Assembly: GCF_009914755.1 (NCBI RefSeq)
Contig: NC_060934.1
Direction: 5' to 3' (one strand)
DNA: 64,000 bases
Source: the human T2T-CHM13v2.0 reference genome, Homo sapiens
The position numbers and the translations under genes were made by a program. The notes below the pieces were generated by a model. That model saw nothing but the letters and a program-made list of their open reading frames with translations. It did no database searches and was not told the origin of the DNA. Shown here in pieces: positions 14,129-25,977 of the stretch (positions are counted from its first letter, which is position 1; every line of letters begins with the position of its first letter).

Positions 14129-15107
14129 GGGAGTATCTCATCTCTTTCATGTCTGGAAGGTAAACAAAGGTTGAACACCATCAATTTAGAAGATCTTCAT
14201 CTGACAGAGGGGCTGTAGGGTGTAGAAGAGTTAGTAATTCCCCAAGGCTGTACAGCTTCTTGGTTGCACAGCAAGAACTGGAATCCAGGTCTCTTGGTTG
14301 GCAGTCCAGTGCTGTTTGCTTAGCATCACACTATCCAATTAATAGCTCCTCTCCATCCTTTGACTGGCCTTACAACTCTCACCACCTTTATTAAATAGAG
14401 GGATTTCCAAGTCAGTTTTTGCAAGAAGCTTTAGGACCATGTGTCCCCTATGCACCTTATGCTCTACGACATCATCTCTGAGAGAAAAAGAACGCCCATG
14501 AAAAATATCCATCTACACTAAAGACATTTATGTATACCAAAATGTGGAAGCCCAGCTAAAATGGGATAGCCTGAATAACAATCAAATATGAGTTTATTGT
14601 TTACTTTTTTCTTTCTTGTACTAACTCTAGCAAGCCAGCTCAAGCCACTCAGTTTTGGAGTGATTGCTGCCTTCTGGTGTTTGCCATTTTGATGATGAGA
14701 TGAGTAATTTCTTGGTACCATATGAAATATCAAGGTCAGAGTGGCTGGAGCATCATAGGGCAAACAAGAGTGAGTCACTGGGTGACTGCTATGAGGCTGC
14801 CTCCTCTGTGATTTTGTGAGCCAGAGCTCCCTGCTTGAATGCTCTTTCCGGAGGGGTAAAGACTTTAGAAACCTATTTTTCTTACAAAACCATTGTTGTT
14901 GCTTTGTTCCCCACAGGTACTTTTTTCTTTAAGATGTAAACGCTCCCTGGGTGCTAAATGGATCCATCCTTATTTCTTGCAAAAGAGTTTGGTTAAATTA
15001 TTTTTATTTCAGAGTTTTTCCTAGCGGGATGAGAGTCCTGAGTGGCCTATTCCTAAGGAGGCTGGAGGTTGAAAATAATAATAATAAAATAATAATATGG
15101 GGTTAAG

Positions 15108-15182
15108 AAAGAGAGAGAGAGAAAGAGACAGAAAGAGAGAGAGAGTGTGTGTGTGTGTATGTGTGTGTGTGTGTGTGTGTGT
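15108..15182. repeat. Compound (GA)n(GT)n microsatellite
   Basis: Direct reading. Confidence 0.95.
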
Positions 15183-15251
15183 AAGGAAAGTTTAGTCCCA
15201 GCAGCAGCCAGTCCCAGCCTTACCCTCACCATGCCTTATAATGCATCCCAT

Positions 15252-15548
15252 CAGTGACCAATAGGAATACAATGTGAACCATAAATGTAATTTTAAATTT
15301 TTAGAAGCCATATTAAAAAATAAATCTAAAAAAAGGTAAAATTAATTTTAATAATATATTTTCTCTAATCCAGTACATCCAAAATATTATGTCAATGTGA
15401 ATTAATATAAAAATTACTAATCAGGTATTTTACATGAGGTTTTTTTTCACATTAAGTCTTAGAAATCCTATGTCAATTTATGCCCAAAGCCCATGCCAGT
15501 TCAGACTACCTACATGGCCATGCATAGGGACTGTAATGGACAGTGTAG
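15252..15548 (+). mobile_element. MER33-like hAT-Charlie MITE
   Basis: ccaataggaatacaatgtgaaccata...taattttaaatttttagaagccatattaaaaaa...ggtaaaattaattttaataatatattt...ggacagtgtag. Confidence 0.8.
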
Positions 15549-15904
15549 TTATAGAGTAAAAACCAGCTCTACAGTTTGGCATTTGAGATCCTTCTTAATT
15601 TGTCCTATAACTTTTTAAACTTTGTGTGCCCTACACCCTCTATATTCCAGCCTTGCCAGTTTCCTTCTCATTTGTCCGCATGGTATAGTTTTTCATTTTT
15701 TTTTATTTCTGCAGTGGCCTTTGCCTCCCTTTCCACCATCCGTGTCCCAAAACATGTCCCAGCTTTGGAGACAGCCTGATAAGGGTCTATAAGGTCCGTG
15801 ATTGGGATTTAATTCCAACTTCATTGCTTAATAATTAGGTGACCTTAAGCAAGCCATTTAGCCTTTTTGAAACTTACACTACCTATCTTTAAAATGATGA
15901 TCAT

Positions 15905-16043
15905 GCCAGGAATGGTGGCTCATGCCTATGGTCCCAGCTACTTGGGAGGTTGATCGGGGGAGGATTGCTTGAGCCCAGGAGTTTGAGACCAGCCTGAGCA
16001 ACATTAGAGACCCATCTCTTTAAAAAAATAAAAGAAAAAAAAA
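15905..16043 (+). mobile_element. FLAM (free left Alu monomer) inserted into a MIR
   Basis: gccaggaatggtggctcatgcct...aggattgcttgagcccaggagtttgagaccagcctg plus A-tail; MIR sequence on both sides (about 15800-15900 and 16045-16210). Confidence 0.88.
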
Positions 16044-16879
16044 CATGAGGACAATAATTACTCTGTGTGTGTGTGAGTCTGAGGGGGTGGTGGGACAAGA
16101 GAGAGCGAGAGAGAAAAAACTGATGTAATGAATACAAAACAAACAAAAAATATTTTTAAAAAGACATGTAGTGCTGTAGTTATACACCCTGGCACATAAT
16201 AGTTAAAATGTCCTCCTCTTTCTGAGTTACTTTCCAAGTTGCTTTTGTGAGTAACACTCCTATTCCCATCTGCCAGCAGTGCCACAGAGCATGCTGTTAA
16301 ATGGTCAGTAAGCTTACTTAAGTATCTCATTCTTTGTATTCTGCAGTCTCATCACCTGCACATCTTAGTTCTACCTTCAACAGCCCCTGCTCAGGCTTTC
16401 CTCCTCAGTCACCATCATCAACCCCTTTCTTCTTTCTTTTTGCCAAAATGCTAACAGCAAAATATACAACCTCTGCTTTTTGGAAATGATTGACTCTGGT
16501 ACCAAGTAGAGCTGCACAGGTGCCCTTCCGTGGGGGCTGAGAACTAACAAGCTACCACTGAAAACTATGCCCAGCTCAGGGTGATAGTACAGCCAGTTCT
16601 GTCCCCTGCTGTTAACAGTTTCCTAGGCAACCAGTACACATTGCCACTGGAAGAAATGGAAGAAAAGTCAAAACCTGCATCATTTCCAGTTTTCTATACG
16701 TTTGAAGTGCTAGAAACATAAAAAAAAACATATGGATAACTCAGCATGTGTTTCAGTATTTCATGTCATGTTGGTTATGGCCTCTGTCATATCTCTAATG
16801 GAACTGCTAGTGAATTACTAGTGATGGTGTTCTATAAGTGAAATTGGTTATTTCTAATGAAGTAAGGTTTATCGTTTTT

Positions 16880-17700
16880 TATATCAGCCTTGTCCATATT
16901 TTATTAAATTTAATCCTTCATTTTTGTGTGTATTGAGCTTTTATAAATTACATTCTAAATTTCCTTTTTAAATATCTTTTTGCTAACATATAAAAGTACA
17001 ATTGAGTTCTTTATCTTGTATCCAGAAACCTTGCTAAATCACTTTACTAATTCTAATAGCTTCTATATAGATTCTTTTGTTTTTCACTTGTGTAATCATG
17101 TCCCCAGCAAATTTTGAGAATTTTAATTCTCCATTTCCTTATCACTCTTTTTACTTGCTTTAACACTGTCTAGAACTTCTGCTACTATGATGAGTAAAGT
17201 GGAAATAGTGGACTGCCTTTTCTCGTTTCCAAAATCAAGTGAAGGCTTCAACATTTATCACTAAGTATAATATTTCCTATAATTCCATGTAGATACTCTT
17301 CTCTTCCTGAAGCTTTTTAAAACATTACAAATGGAAATAGATTTTGTCCTATTTCAAATTTGCTAAGAGGGCTTTGAAAAATCACAAATTGAGATATAAT
17401 TTTATCAAATACTCTTCCTGCATCTATTGAGATAATCACATGATTTTTCTGCTTCATTTTATAAATATGGTGGTTTAAATTTATTGATTTTTAGTTGATA
17501 AACCAATCTTATATTCCTGGAATAAACCCAACTTGTTCATAATGTATTATATTTGTATGACTCATTGGATTTCTTTTGCTTATATTTTGTTTAGGATTTT
17601 TTAACTTATGTTCGTGACAGAGAGTTTACTGATGTTTTCTTTTTCTTGTAATGTCTCTGACAGGTTTAAGGATCAGGGTTATTTTAGCATCTTAAAATAT
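16880..17700 (-). mobile_element. Old L1M fragment (decayed ORF2 RT region)
   Basis: ttatcttgtatccagaaaccttgctaaa...tctagaacttc...catctattgagataatcacatgattttt...ataaaccaatcttatattcctggaataaacccaacttg, typical antisense L1M ORF2. Confidence 0.85.
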
Positions 17701-18083
17701 GGCTCTAAAGGCTACCATTATGTCTATCCATCCATCCATCGATTCACTAATCACACAAATATTTTTTGAGAGGCAATATAGCATAGTGGTTTAAAATAGA
17801 GATTCTAGACTTCCTACATTTGAATAAAAAAACTTACTGTAACTATATGTTATCTATTTCTGTATAACAAATTTTCACAAACTTAGCAACATGAAGCAAC
17901 ACAAAGTTATTATTTCACAGTTTCTGTGGATCCAGAATCTGGAAATCAAGAATCTGAGCCCTCTGCTTCTGGGTCTCTCAGAAAACTGCAAGTAAGGCAT
18001 CAGCCAGGGATAGAGTCTCACCTAAGGTTTGATAAGGAGGTGCTATGATTCAAATGTGTCCTCTCCAAAATTCAGGTGTTTCT

Positions 18084-18439
18084 TTTTTAAAAAATAAAAT
18101 TAGTTCCAGGGTACATGTGCGGGATGTGCAGGTTTGTTACATAGATAAACGTGTGCCATGGTGGTTTGCTGCACCAATCAGCCTGTTACCTAGATATTAC
18201 GCCTGGCATGCCTTAGCTATATTTCCCGATGCTCTCCGCCACCCCCTACCCTCCCCTGACAGTCCCTAGTATGTGTTGTTCCCTTAATCAACCCAAATGC
18301 CCATCAATGATAGACTGGATTTTTAAAAATGTGGTACATACACACCACAGAATACTATGCAGCCATAAAAAGAAACAAGATCATGTCCTTTGCAGGAACA
18401 TGGATGAAGCTGGAGGCCATTATCATCAGCAAACTAACG
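18084..18439 (-). mobile_element. L1PA insertion with 5' inversion (twin priming)
   Basis: 18084-18284 is an antisense L1 3' end; 18286-18439 is sense L1 (ORF2 C-terminus [29 protein letters not shown]); TSD caggtgtttct at 18073-18083 and 18440-18450. Confidence 0.9.
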
Positions 18440-18450
18440 CAGGTGTTTCT

Positions 18451-18736
18451 TTTCTTTCTTTTTTTTCTTTATCCATGCTGTCTCTTTTCGTTTTTAAAAA
18501 AATTATACTTTGGCTGGGCATGGTGGCTCACGCCTGTAATCCCAGCACTTTGGGAGGCCGAGGCAGGTGTATCATGAGGTCAGGAGTTCAAGACCAGCCT
18601 GGCTAACATGGTGAAACCCTGTCTCTAGTAAAACTACAAAAATTAGCTGGGGGCGGTGTAAGGCGCCTGTAATCCCAGCTACTCAGGAGGCTGAGGCAGG
18701 AAAATCACTTGAACCTGGCTGGCAGAGGTTGCAAAA

Positions 18737-18794
<58 letters not shown>

Positions 18795-19121
18795 TTTAAG
18801 TTCTGGGATACATGTGCAAAACATGCAGGTTTGTTACATAGGTATACACATGCCATGCACCCATCAACCTGTCATCTATGTTACGTATTTCTCCTAATGC
18901 AGTCCCTCCCCTAGCACCCCCACCCCCAACCCCCGACAGGCCCCGGTGTGTTATGTTCCCCTCCCTGTGCCCATGTGTTCTCATTGTTCAACTCCCACCC
19001 ATGAGTGAGAACATGCGGTGTTTGGTTCTCTGTTGTGTTGGTTTGCTGAGAATGATGATTTCCAGTTTCATCTATGTCCCTGCAAAGGACATGAACTCAT
19101 CCTTTTTTATGGCTGCAGAGT
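18451..19121 (-). mobile_element. Second L1PA (about L1PA7/8) 3' end, interrupted by an Alu
   Basis: tactttaagttctgggatacatgtgcaaaac...gcaaaggacatgaactcatccttttttatggctgc; 16-bp TSD taacgcaggtgtttct at 18435-18450 and 19122-19137. Confidence 0.9.
18512..18790 (+). mobile_element. AluS (AluSg-like) lacking the end of the right arm, with A/(AT)n tail
   Basis: ggctgggcatggtggctcacgcctgtaatccc...atcatgaggtcaggagttcaag...gaggttgca then poly-A and (AT)n; residual TSD tacttt. Confidence 0.93.
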
Positions 19122-20047
19122 TAACGCAGGTGTTTCTAATGTGATAGATTAAGAGGTAAGGACTTTAAGAGGTGTTTAGGTCTTGAGGACTCCTCCCACA
19201 TAAATGGGATTAGGTGCCCTTCTAAAGGGGCTTGAAAGAGGGAGTTGGGTCTCTTTTTTGCACTTTCACCTTGTATCTTGTGAGGACCCAGCATTCCTCC
19301 CCTCCAGAGGATACAGTGTTCAAGGTGCCATCTTGGAAGCAGAGAGCAGCCCTCACCAGACAATTGAACCCAATGCTGCTTTGATGTTGGAATTCCCACC
19401 CTCCAGAACGGTAAGAAATAAATTTCTATTCTTTATAAATTACCCAGTCTCAGGTATTTTGTTGTAGAAGCACGAGACAGACTAAGGAGAAATCTGCTTC
19501 TAAGCTCACGTGAGTGTTGGCAGGATTCAGTCCTTTGCTGGTTGTCAGACTGAGGACCTCAGCTCTTTCATGGCTGTAGGCTAGAGTCTACCCTCAGCTT
19601 CTTGCCATGTGGGCCTCTCCATATGGCAGTTTACTTCATCAAAGTCAGAAGGAGAGAGAGAGAGAGAGAGTCAGTAGAGTCTGCCAGCAAGACAGCAGTT
19701 ACAATATTAGGTAACGTAATCATTGATGTAACATTCCATTACCTTTTGCCATACTCTATTGGTTAGAATCAATGTACCTATTCTACTTACATTGGAAGAG
19801 AGGGAATTAAATAAGGCATGCATATCAGGATGTAGAGATAATCAGGGGTCATCTTAGAGTCTATCTGCTACTGTAAGTTAGAAAGATTATTTAACTTGTA
19901 TATGCATTGGAGTCTTCTTCTGTGAGTGAAAATAATAATAGTACCTATTTATAGGGTCATTAGGAATATTACATAATTTACATAAATAAAACAGCTAGAA
20001 TAGTGGCTGGCATAGAGGAGGTACTGCATTACTGTTAGATGCTATGA

Positions 20048-20286
20048 CAGAATGAGCATCCTTATCTGAAATGCTTGGGACCAGAGTGTTTTGGATTTGG
20101 GGTTTTTTTTTTTTGGATTTTGGAATATTCATAGAAGACATACTGGCTGAGCATCTCATATGTGAAAATCTGAAATCCAAAATGTTCCAGTGAGCATTTC
20201 CTTTTAGTGTCATGTCAGCACTCAAAAAGTTTCAGAACTTGGAGATTTTCAGGTTTGGGATTTTCAAATTAGGGATACGCAGCCTG
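20048..20286. mobile_element. Tigger4a/MER46A-type TcMar-Tigger MITE
   Basis: cagaatgagcatccttatctgaaatgcttgggaccagagtgttttggattt...tttcaaattagggatacgcagcctg; terminal inverted repeats. Confidence 0.85.
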
Positions 20287-21049
20287 TTGTATGTGAAGTG
20301 CCATATACTATTCAAGGTGTGAGGGACTTAACATTGAGTAACAAGGACAAAATCCTACCCTGATGCTGATTACAATCTACTGGAGAAAGGCAGAAGATAA
20401 ACATATAAATATATAATATGAGTGTTGGTGGTGGGGGGGTGTTACTATTTTATATAAAGTGATCAGGGTAGTTCTTATCAGTGGCCTGAAGGACGTGAAG
20501 GAGAAAGCTTTGTATACATCTTAGGGATAACAAGAGTGAAGTAATTAAAATGAGAGTGTATTTACTTTAAGAACCACATGAAAGCTTGCTTTGAAACTAT
20601 ACATTGTAACTTATAAATATTCATGGTAGTTATTCACAGATGACAGTTTATTCCCAGATAGCTCTTCCATGTATGCAAAACACTACTCTGTAGAAATTGT
20701 TGCAGAAAATTTGCAAACCGACAAGAGGTTATGCTCAACAGAGACAGTAAAAAGTTAATCTAGAATCTTGGATTAAGCTGAGTGATGCCTTGGGTATTTA
20801 TCCAAATTTGGGTTGAGTTAAATCCAGCTGCAGCAAATGCTACTACAACAATGGACCAATAAAAGCAGTTGAAAACCCCTTTTCTTTTCTAAACTATTCA
20901 TAATTCAATTAATTAAACATGAAATCATCCCAAAGCTTAATTTGTTTTTCCTTCTAGCTTACATTTTTTACAGTTTATACATAGTTCCAATCACAATACA
21001 GTTGTGTCTCTTTCTCTTTTCTCAGTGTTTCATTAGAGAAATATATTGT

Positions 21050-21290
21050 TACCAATAATTATTAGGGATTCATTTTTAATGATTAAATCTTTCACCATAT
21101 TGGTATATCAAAAATACTTGGTCTTATTCTCCTGAGCAGTTTGGTTATTTTTATCTTGTTTGCTATTGAAAAAAATTGGATGCTGTTAACACTTCTGAGA
21201 TAATACCTTTTTTTGTATTTTAAATTAGTTTTAGAATAAATTCTCAAGGGTGGGTTACTTTTCCAAAGGACATTAACATTTTATGAAGCC
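21050..21290 (-). mobile_element. L1ME-like 3' fragment
   Basis: ttggttatttttatcttgtttgctatt...ttagaataaattctcaagggtgggttact...caaaggacattaacatttt. Confidence 0.5.
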
Positions 21291-21317
21291 CATTTATTTC
21301 AAGTCACATTTACTAGG

Positions 21318-21654
<337 letters not shown>

Positions 21655-24600
21655 AGTCCATTTTTAATGGTAACAGAAATATCACCATCAATTGGTGATA
21701 AACCAAATGTCCATAGATTGTGTTATTTCTGAATACACTTAATGTTATAACCTGTTAGCAGTTAAAAAAAAAAACACAGTATTTATCCCTTCAGGCAATA
21801 AACAGAAATCTTATTCTCAGTAGTCTCTATGCTAACTGTATGCATAACTGGATATTTTATTTCACGTAGTAGTTCAGAGTAATCTGAAACCTGAATATTT
21901 GGACAAACAACTAATTCTATTTCTTGCTACCAGTGTGACCTTGGGCAGAGTATACACCTGCTCAAGTTCCTCAGCTTTGTTATCTGTAAAATAAGGTTAA
22001 TAAGAATATCCACCTTAGAGGCTTTGTCTCAGTTGATACATGATAGGAGCTCAATAAATGAAGGCCATTACTATCATATTATGTGTTCATAAGTTATTTT
22101 TAGATCAGAACTTGTTGAACTCACCATGAAGGGTTAAAAGTTTGCTGGAAACATTAGCAGCAGCTAGTGGTAGCCTGGGCTCTGCTAGCACTGCTGAAAA
22201 GACAACATAGTAGAATACAAGCCATGAAGCGGGCACCTATGGGTCATATCTGGTTATGTGTGTTTATCCCACATGGTGTTTTTTTTTTCTAAATTCGTTG
22301 CTAATATTGAACAATTTTGAAATTTCACCTAAAATCCTGATTTGTTGTTTTTCTTTAAAAAAATAAATTGAAAGATAAAACAAAACCTGGCTATTTTGCT
22401 TATGGCAACTGTCAGCTGGAGCAGAGCAGCAACTGCTTTCATTAGAAGAGGTATTGGAAAGGACCGCACATTCCCCAAGTGCCACCTGTGCTTCATTGCC
22501 TGTTGCTTACACCTTGCCTCCTTTGCTCATTTACATGACCTTGCTGGCTTCCAGAGAATTTCACCAGCACAGTGACTGAGCTCCTGGCCTCTGAAGGTTG
22601 AGAGACCTGGGTTAGACTCCTGGCTCTGGCCTAACCACGAATGAAACTCCAAGCTAGCTGATTGATCACTTATGTCACTAGACATTGCAGAGCACTGAGT
22701 GGCACAGTACATTTCTTACCAGGCTCCAGGATGTCTCATTATGAGAGATGCTCTGTTTGCTTTAGCCTTGGCCTTTGGGCCAAAGACATCCTTTCCTCTA
22801 GTCTGCAAGAAGTATGAATTGAGAAAATTACAAGGAATAGTAGAATGCCTAAAATGCTGCTGCAAAAAGTCTGTGTGCTCTTTCTGAAAAGACTGAAAAT
22901 GGTTACTTTGAGACAGTGGGGAATCCATACCAGGAGCACTAAGCTTCTATTTTTATGCCTGGGAGAGTTTTTGAAGCCATTACTCCATGTTATCTAGTCT
23001 TAAAATGCATGATTCATGCATAACACAGATTGGAAATGGCAGAGAGATTGATCTTATGGTAGAAGTGTGCAGTTTTCCATAGCACTAGCCGACCATTTAG
23101 TAGTACAAGGGATCTGTAGACCTGAGCTAATTGGTTCTTTCAGGCATTTGAGCGCTAGTGTTCAGCTTCCCACTGAGCTCTGCATTTTTCCTTGTTTACA
23201 CATTGTAATTAATAGAAGAGGAGACTATTGTACATTTACATAAAACCTCTAACCTCTATGCACATAATAGGGGGCCTAATGAAAACATTATATATTGTTC
23301 TTGGGGTTGCTAGCTAAGCAGATTAAGCAGAAAAATCACAGTGATGAGGAATCCAATAGACCTGAGTTTCAGTCTTGGCACTGCTGCTATGACCTGTGTG
23401 ATGCAGGGTGATTTATTTAAATTCTCTGACTCAATTTTCTCATCTGAAAAAAAAATGGGATAGCATTAATGTCACTCATGGGGGGATTATATGAAAGAAT
23501 TCATATTAGACATTTAAGACATGAATAAGCACTTAGTAAATAGAGTTAACCATGGTTTTCCCAGTGTATTAATGCAGAATGGTGAGAAATTTCTATATAA
23601 TAGTAAATGTAAGCCACAGTTTTTGTCCTTATGGACCTAAGAATATTTGGTAGGGTTTATGCTGACCTTGAATATATTTTTATCTTATAGCACAGTCATG
23701 GTGAGCTTGACTATCTGGCTTTGACTCTCTATCCCACCTCTTACTCATTCTGTGACATAAGGCACCTTACTAAACTTCCTGTGTTTAATATCCTTATTTA
23801 TTAAATGGGGACATTATTACTGACACATAGATTGTGTCAATTATTATTGATACCACATACCTTGTATCAGTTAGTATTGATACCACATACCTTGTGATGT
23901 CTGGCACAAGGTAATAATAACAATAATGAAGAGGAGGAGAAAAGCTAACATTTATCACATGTATTCTATTTATTAGTACATTATATTTATTACATGTAGT
24001 TAATTGATGTACTAACTTTTAGATGTATTATGTAAACCTCACAGTTACCTGTAAAGTTATTTTCATTATTAGTCCCTTTTATAGATGAGGAAACAAGAGC
24101 ATAAGAAGCAAAATATCCAAAAGATATTAGTTGCTGTGGTCATTATCTTTAATAAAATGAACATCTTTCCAATTAATTACAATTATATTTAAATAATGGT
24201 TTTAAATTCCCTTCCCTCTTAATAATTCCATTGCATCTGTAGAGCTTATCCAACTTTCTGTAGCTGGACATCTTGGTTATTCTTATGACATTCACATGAA
24301 GAGCAAGTTTTGAAACTTCACATTTTACACAAGAAGTTGTCTGCCTGTTTGTGTTAGCTCTGAGATTAATTTTACATCCTTCTGTTCACTCGACAGATTT
24401 AACTGAAGAGTTGAGAGAGTAAGGCTGTCAGGCTAACCTTTGAGACAAGGAATAAAACTTTTGGACAGTGCACATTGGCAGGCAGAGGGCTGTGTTACTA
24501 ACAGACTGGATGAGGTAAATATTTTCAACCTGTTGAATCTCTAATCCATTTTTGCACAATCTATAGCTATGAGGAAAAGCACAAGTGAGACCATACTGGG

Positions 24601-24893
24601 CTAAAATAAGTAGACTGAGGCATCTTATACACAGACTAAAACTAATATTCTTGGTTGATATGCTATTTAGACCAAAGAGATACTGTGCTGTTTTCACTCC
24701 TGGCTCATTCTTCTCCACCATAAGAGGTGTGATCAGCCCTGTTGAAGCCCTCTATGTCTAGGCTATTTCTAATTGCACTCTCTCTCTACCCCCAAACACT
24801 TAAATATTCCCTTTCCCTGCCTTATTTTCCTCCAAAGCATTGACCTCTATTTACAGACTACATATTTTACTTATTTATTGTCTAATCTCCCAC

Positions 24894-25061
24894 CAGTGGT
24901 ATAGGGAGCCTGCTTACTCTAGTTTGCAAAAGAAAATTGCTAACTATTTGGGAGTTTTGCGAGCTGATTATCCATAGTGGGAGTATTTACACCATGGAAA
25001 TTGGCAAATGCTACCAATGAGGGCTTTTATTTTGGAGAGGTGGTTTGCCAGAACACCGTTG
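24894..25061. mobile_element. MER63-like hAT-Blackjack MITE inside an L2 3' end
   Basis: cagtggt...gtgggagtatttacaccatggaaattggcaaatgctac...ccagaacaccgttg; L2 sequence on both sides. Confidence 0.75.
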
Positions 25062-25195
25062 CCTCCCCGTTAAGCATAATCTCCATGAAAAAAGAGATTT
25101 TTTTGTTTCTATTTTGTTTATTTCTCTATCATCCTAATTAGAAAGGTGCCTTTCACATAGTAATTAAAAGTTGTTTGTTGAAAAAGTATGAAATA

Positions 25196-25929
25196 GGCCT
25201 GGTGCAGTGGCTCACACCTGTAATCCCAGCACTTTGGGAGACTGAGGCTGGCAGGTCACCTGAGGTCAGGAGTTCAAGACTGGGAAAACATTTTAAATGG
25301 TCCATTTTCAAGGCATGATAAATCTAAGTACTGGCAGCCAGCTTGTGGATGTAACAAATGGCACAGCTCATGCACCTAAAAGGTCACAATAAGTGAACAG
25401 AATGTAGAGGAGGGGTCAGCCCATAAAAGGGAAGAAAGTTTTGTTATTGGGAAATTGAAACTTAACCAGGGAAGGGGGCCAGGGTATAACCTTATAAGGG
25501 GAATAATGAAACTTAGGCGACGTCCAGGAAGATTGTAACCCCATAGTACTCGACCAATGAGGAACTGGGAGAAGAACTTGTGTGCTGGGAGATAAATTAT
25601 CTGCTGTAACTGCCCTGGGTGTGCCTGCCTACCAGACACCCATCTTGCAAGACTGCTATTAGAAGTCTCACTTTCACTGTGCCTCTGAGTCCATTCTTTG
25701 AATTTGGACGGGTAAATGTGTGTTTTTTCAGAAAGACCAGCCTGGCCAACATGGTGAAACCCCATCTCTACTAAAAATACAAAAATTAGCTGGACATGGT
25801 GGCACACACCTGTAGTCCCAGCTACTCAGGAGGCTGAGGCAGAATAATCAGTTGAACCCAGGAGGCGGAGGTTTCAGTGAGCCAAGATCATGCCACTGCA
25901 CTCCAGCCTGGGCAACAGAGCAAGCCTCC

Positions 25930-25975
<46 letters not shown>
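25196..25975 (+). mobile_element. AluSx-like element interrupted by a solo LTR; pieces 25196-25280 and 25733-25975
   Basis: Left arm breaks at gagttcaagac and resumes aagaccagcctggccaacatgg; A41 tail; TSD aaaaagtatg(a/g)aata at 25181-25195 and 25984-25998. Confidence 0.95.
25281..25732 (+). mobile_element. ERV1-class solo LTR (probably LTR15)
   Basis: About 450 bp, TG start, aagac TSD at 25276-25280 and 25733-25737, CCAAT near 25554; the start aaaacattttaaatggtccattttcaaggcatgataaatctaag matches my recollection of LTR15. Confidence 0.75.

Positions 25976-25977
<2 letters not shown>

Larger units (their letters stand above)
18041..19486 (+). mobile_element. MST (MaLR, MSTC/D-like) LTR split by two L1s; pieces 18041-18083 and 19138-19486
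   Basis: Starts tgctatgattcaaatgtgtc; ends aaataaatttctattctttataaattacccagtctcaggtattttgtt...cagactaag. Confidence 0.85.
17844..19873 (-). mobile_element. MLT1 (MaLR) LTR split by nested MST/L1/Alu; pieces about 17844-18040 and 19487-19873
   Basis: Left piece tatctatttctgtataacaaattttcacaaacttagc...; right piece resumes aatctgcttctaagctcac...ttggcaggattcagtcc...atcttagagtctatctgcta. Confidence 0.8.

Noticed and set aside
18329-18606. ORFs fusing the L1 ORF2 C-terminus to Alu
   Set aside because: Artefact of nested insertions; no promoter or intact ORF2.
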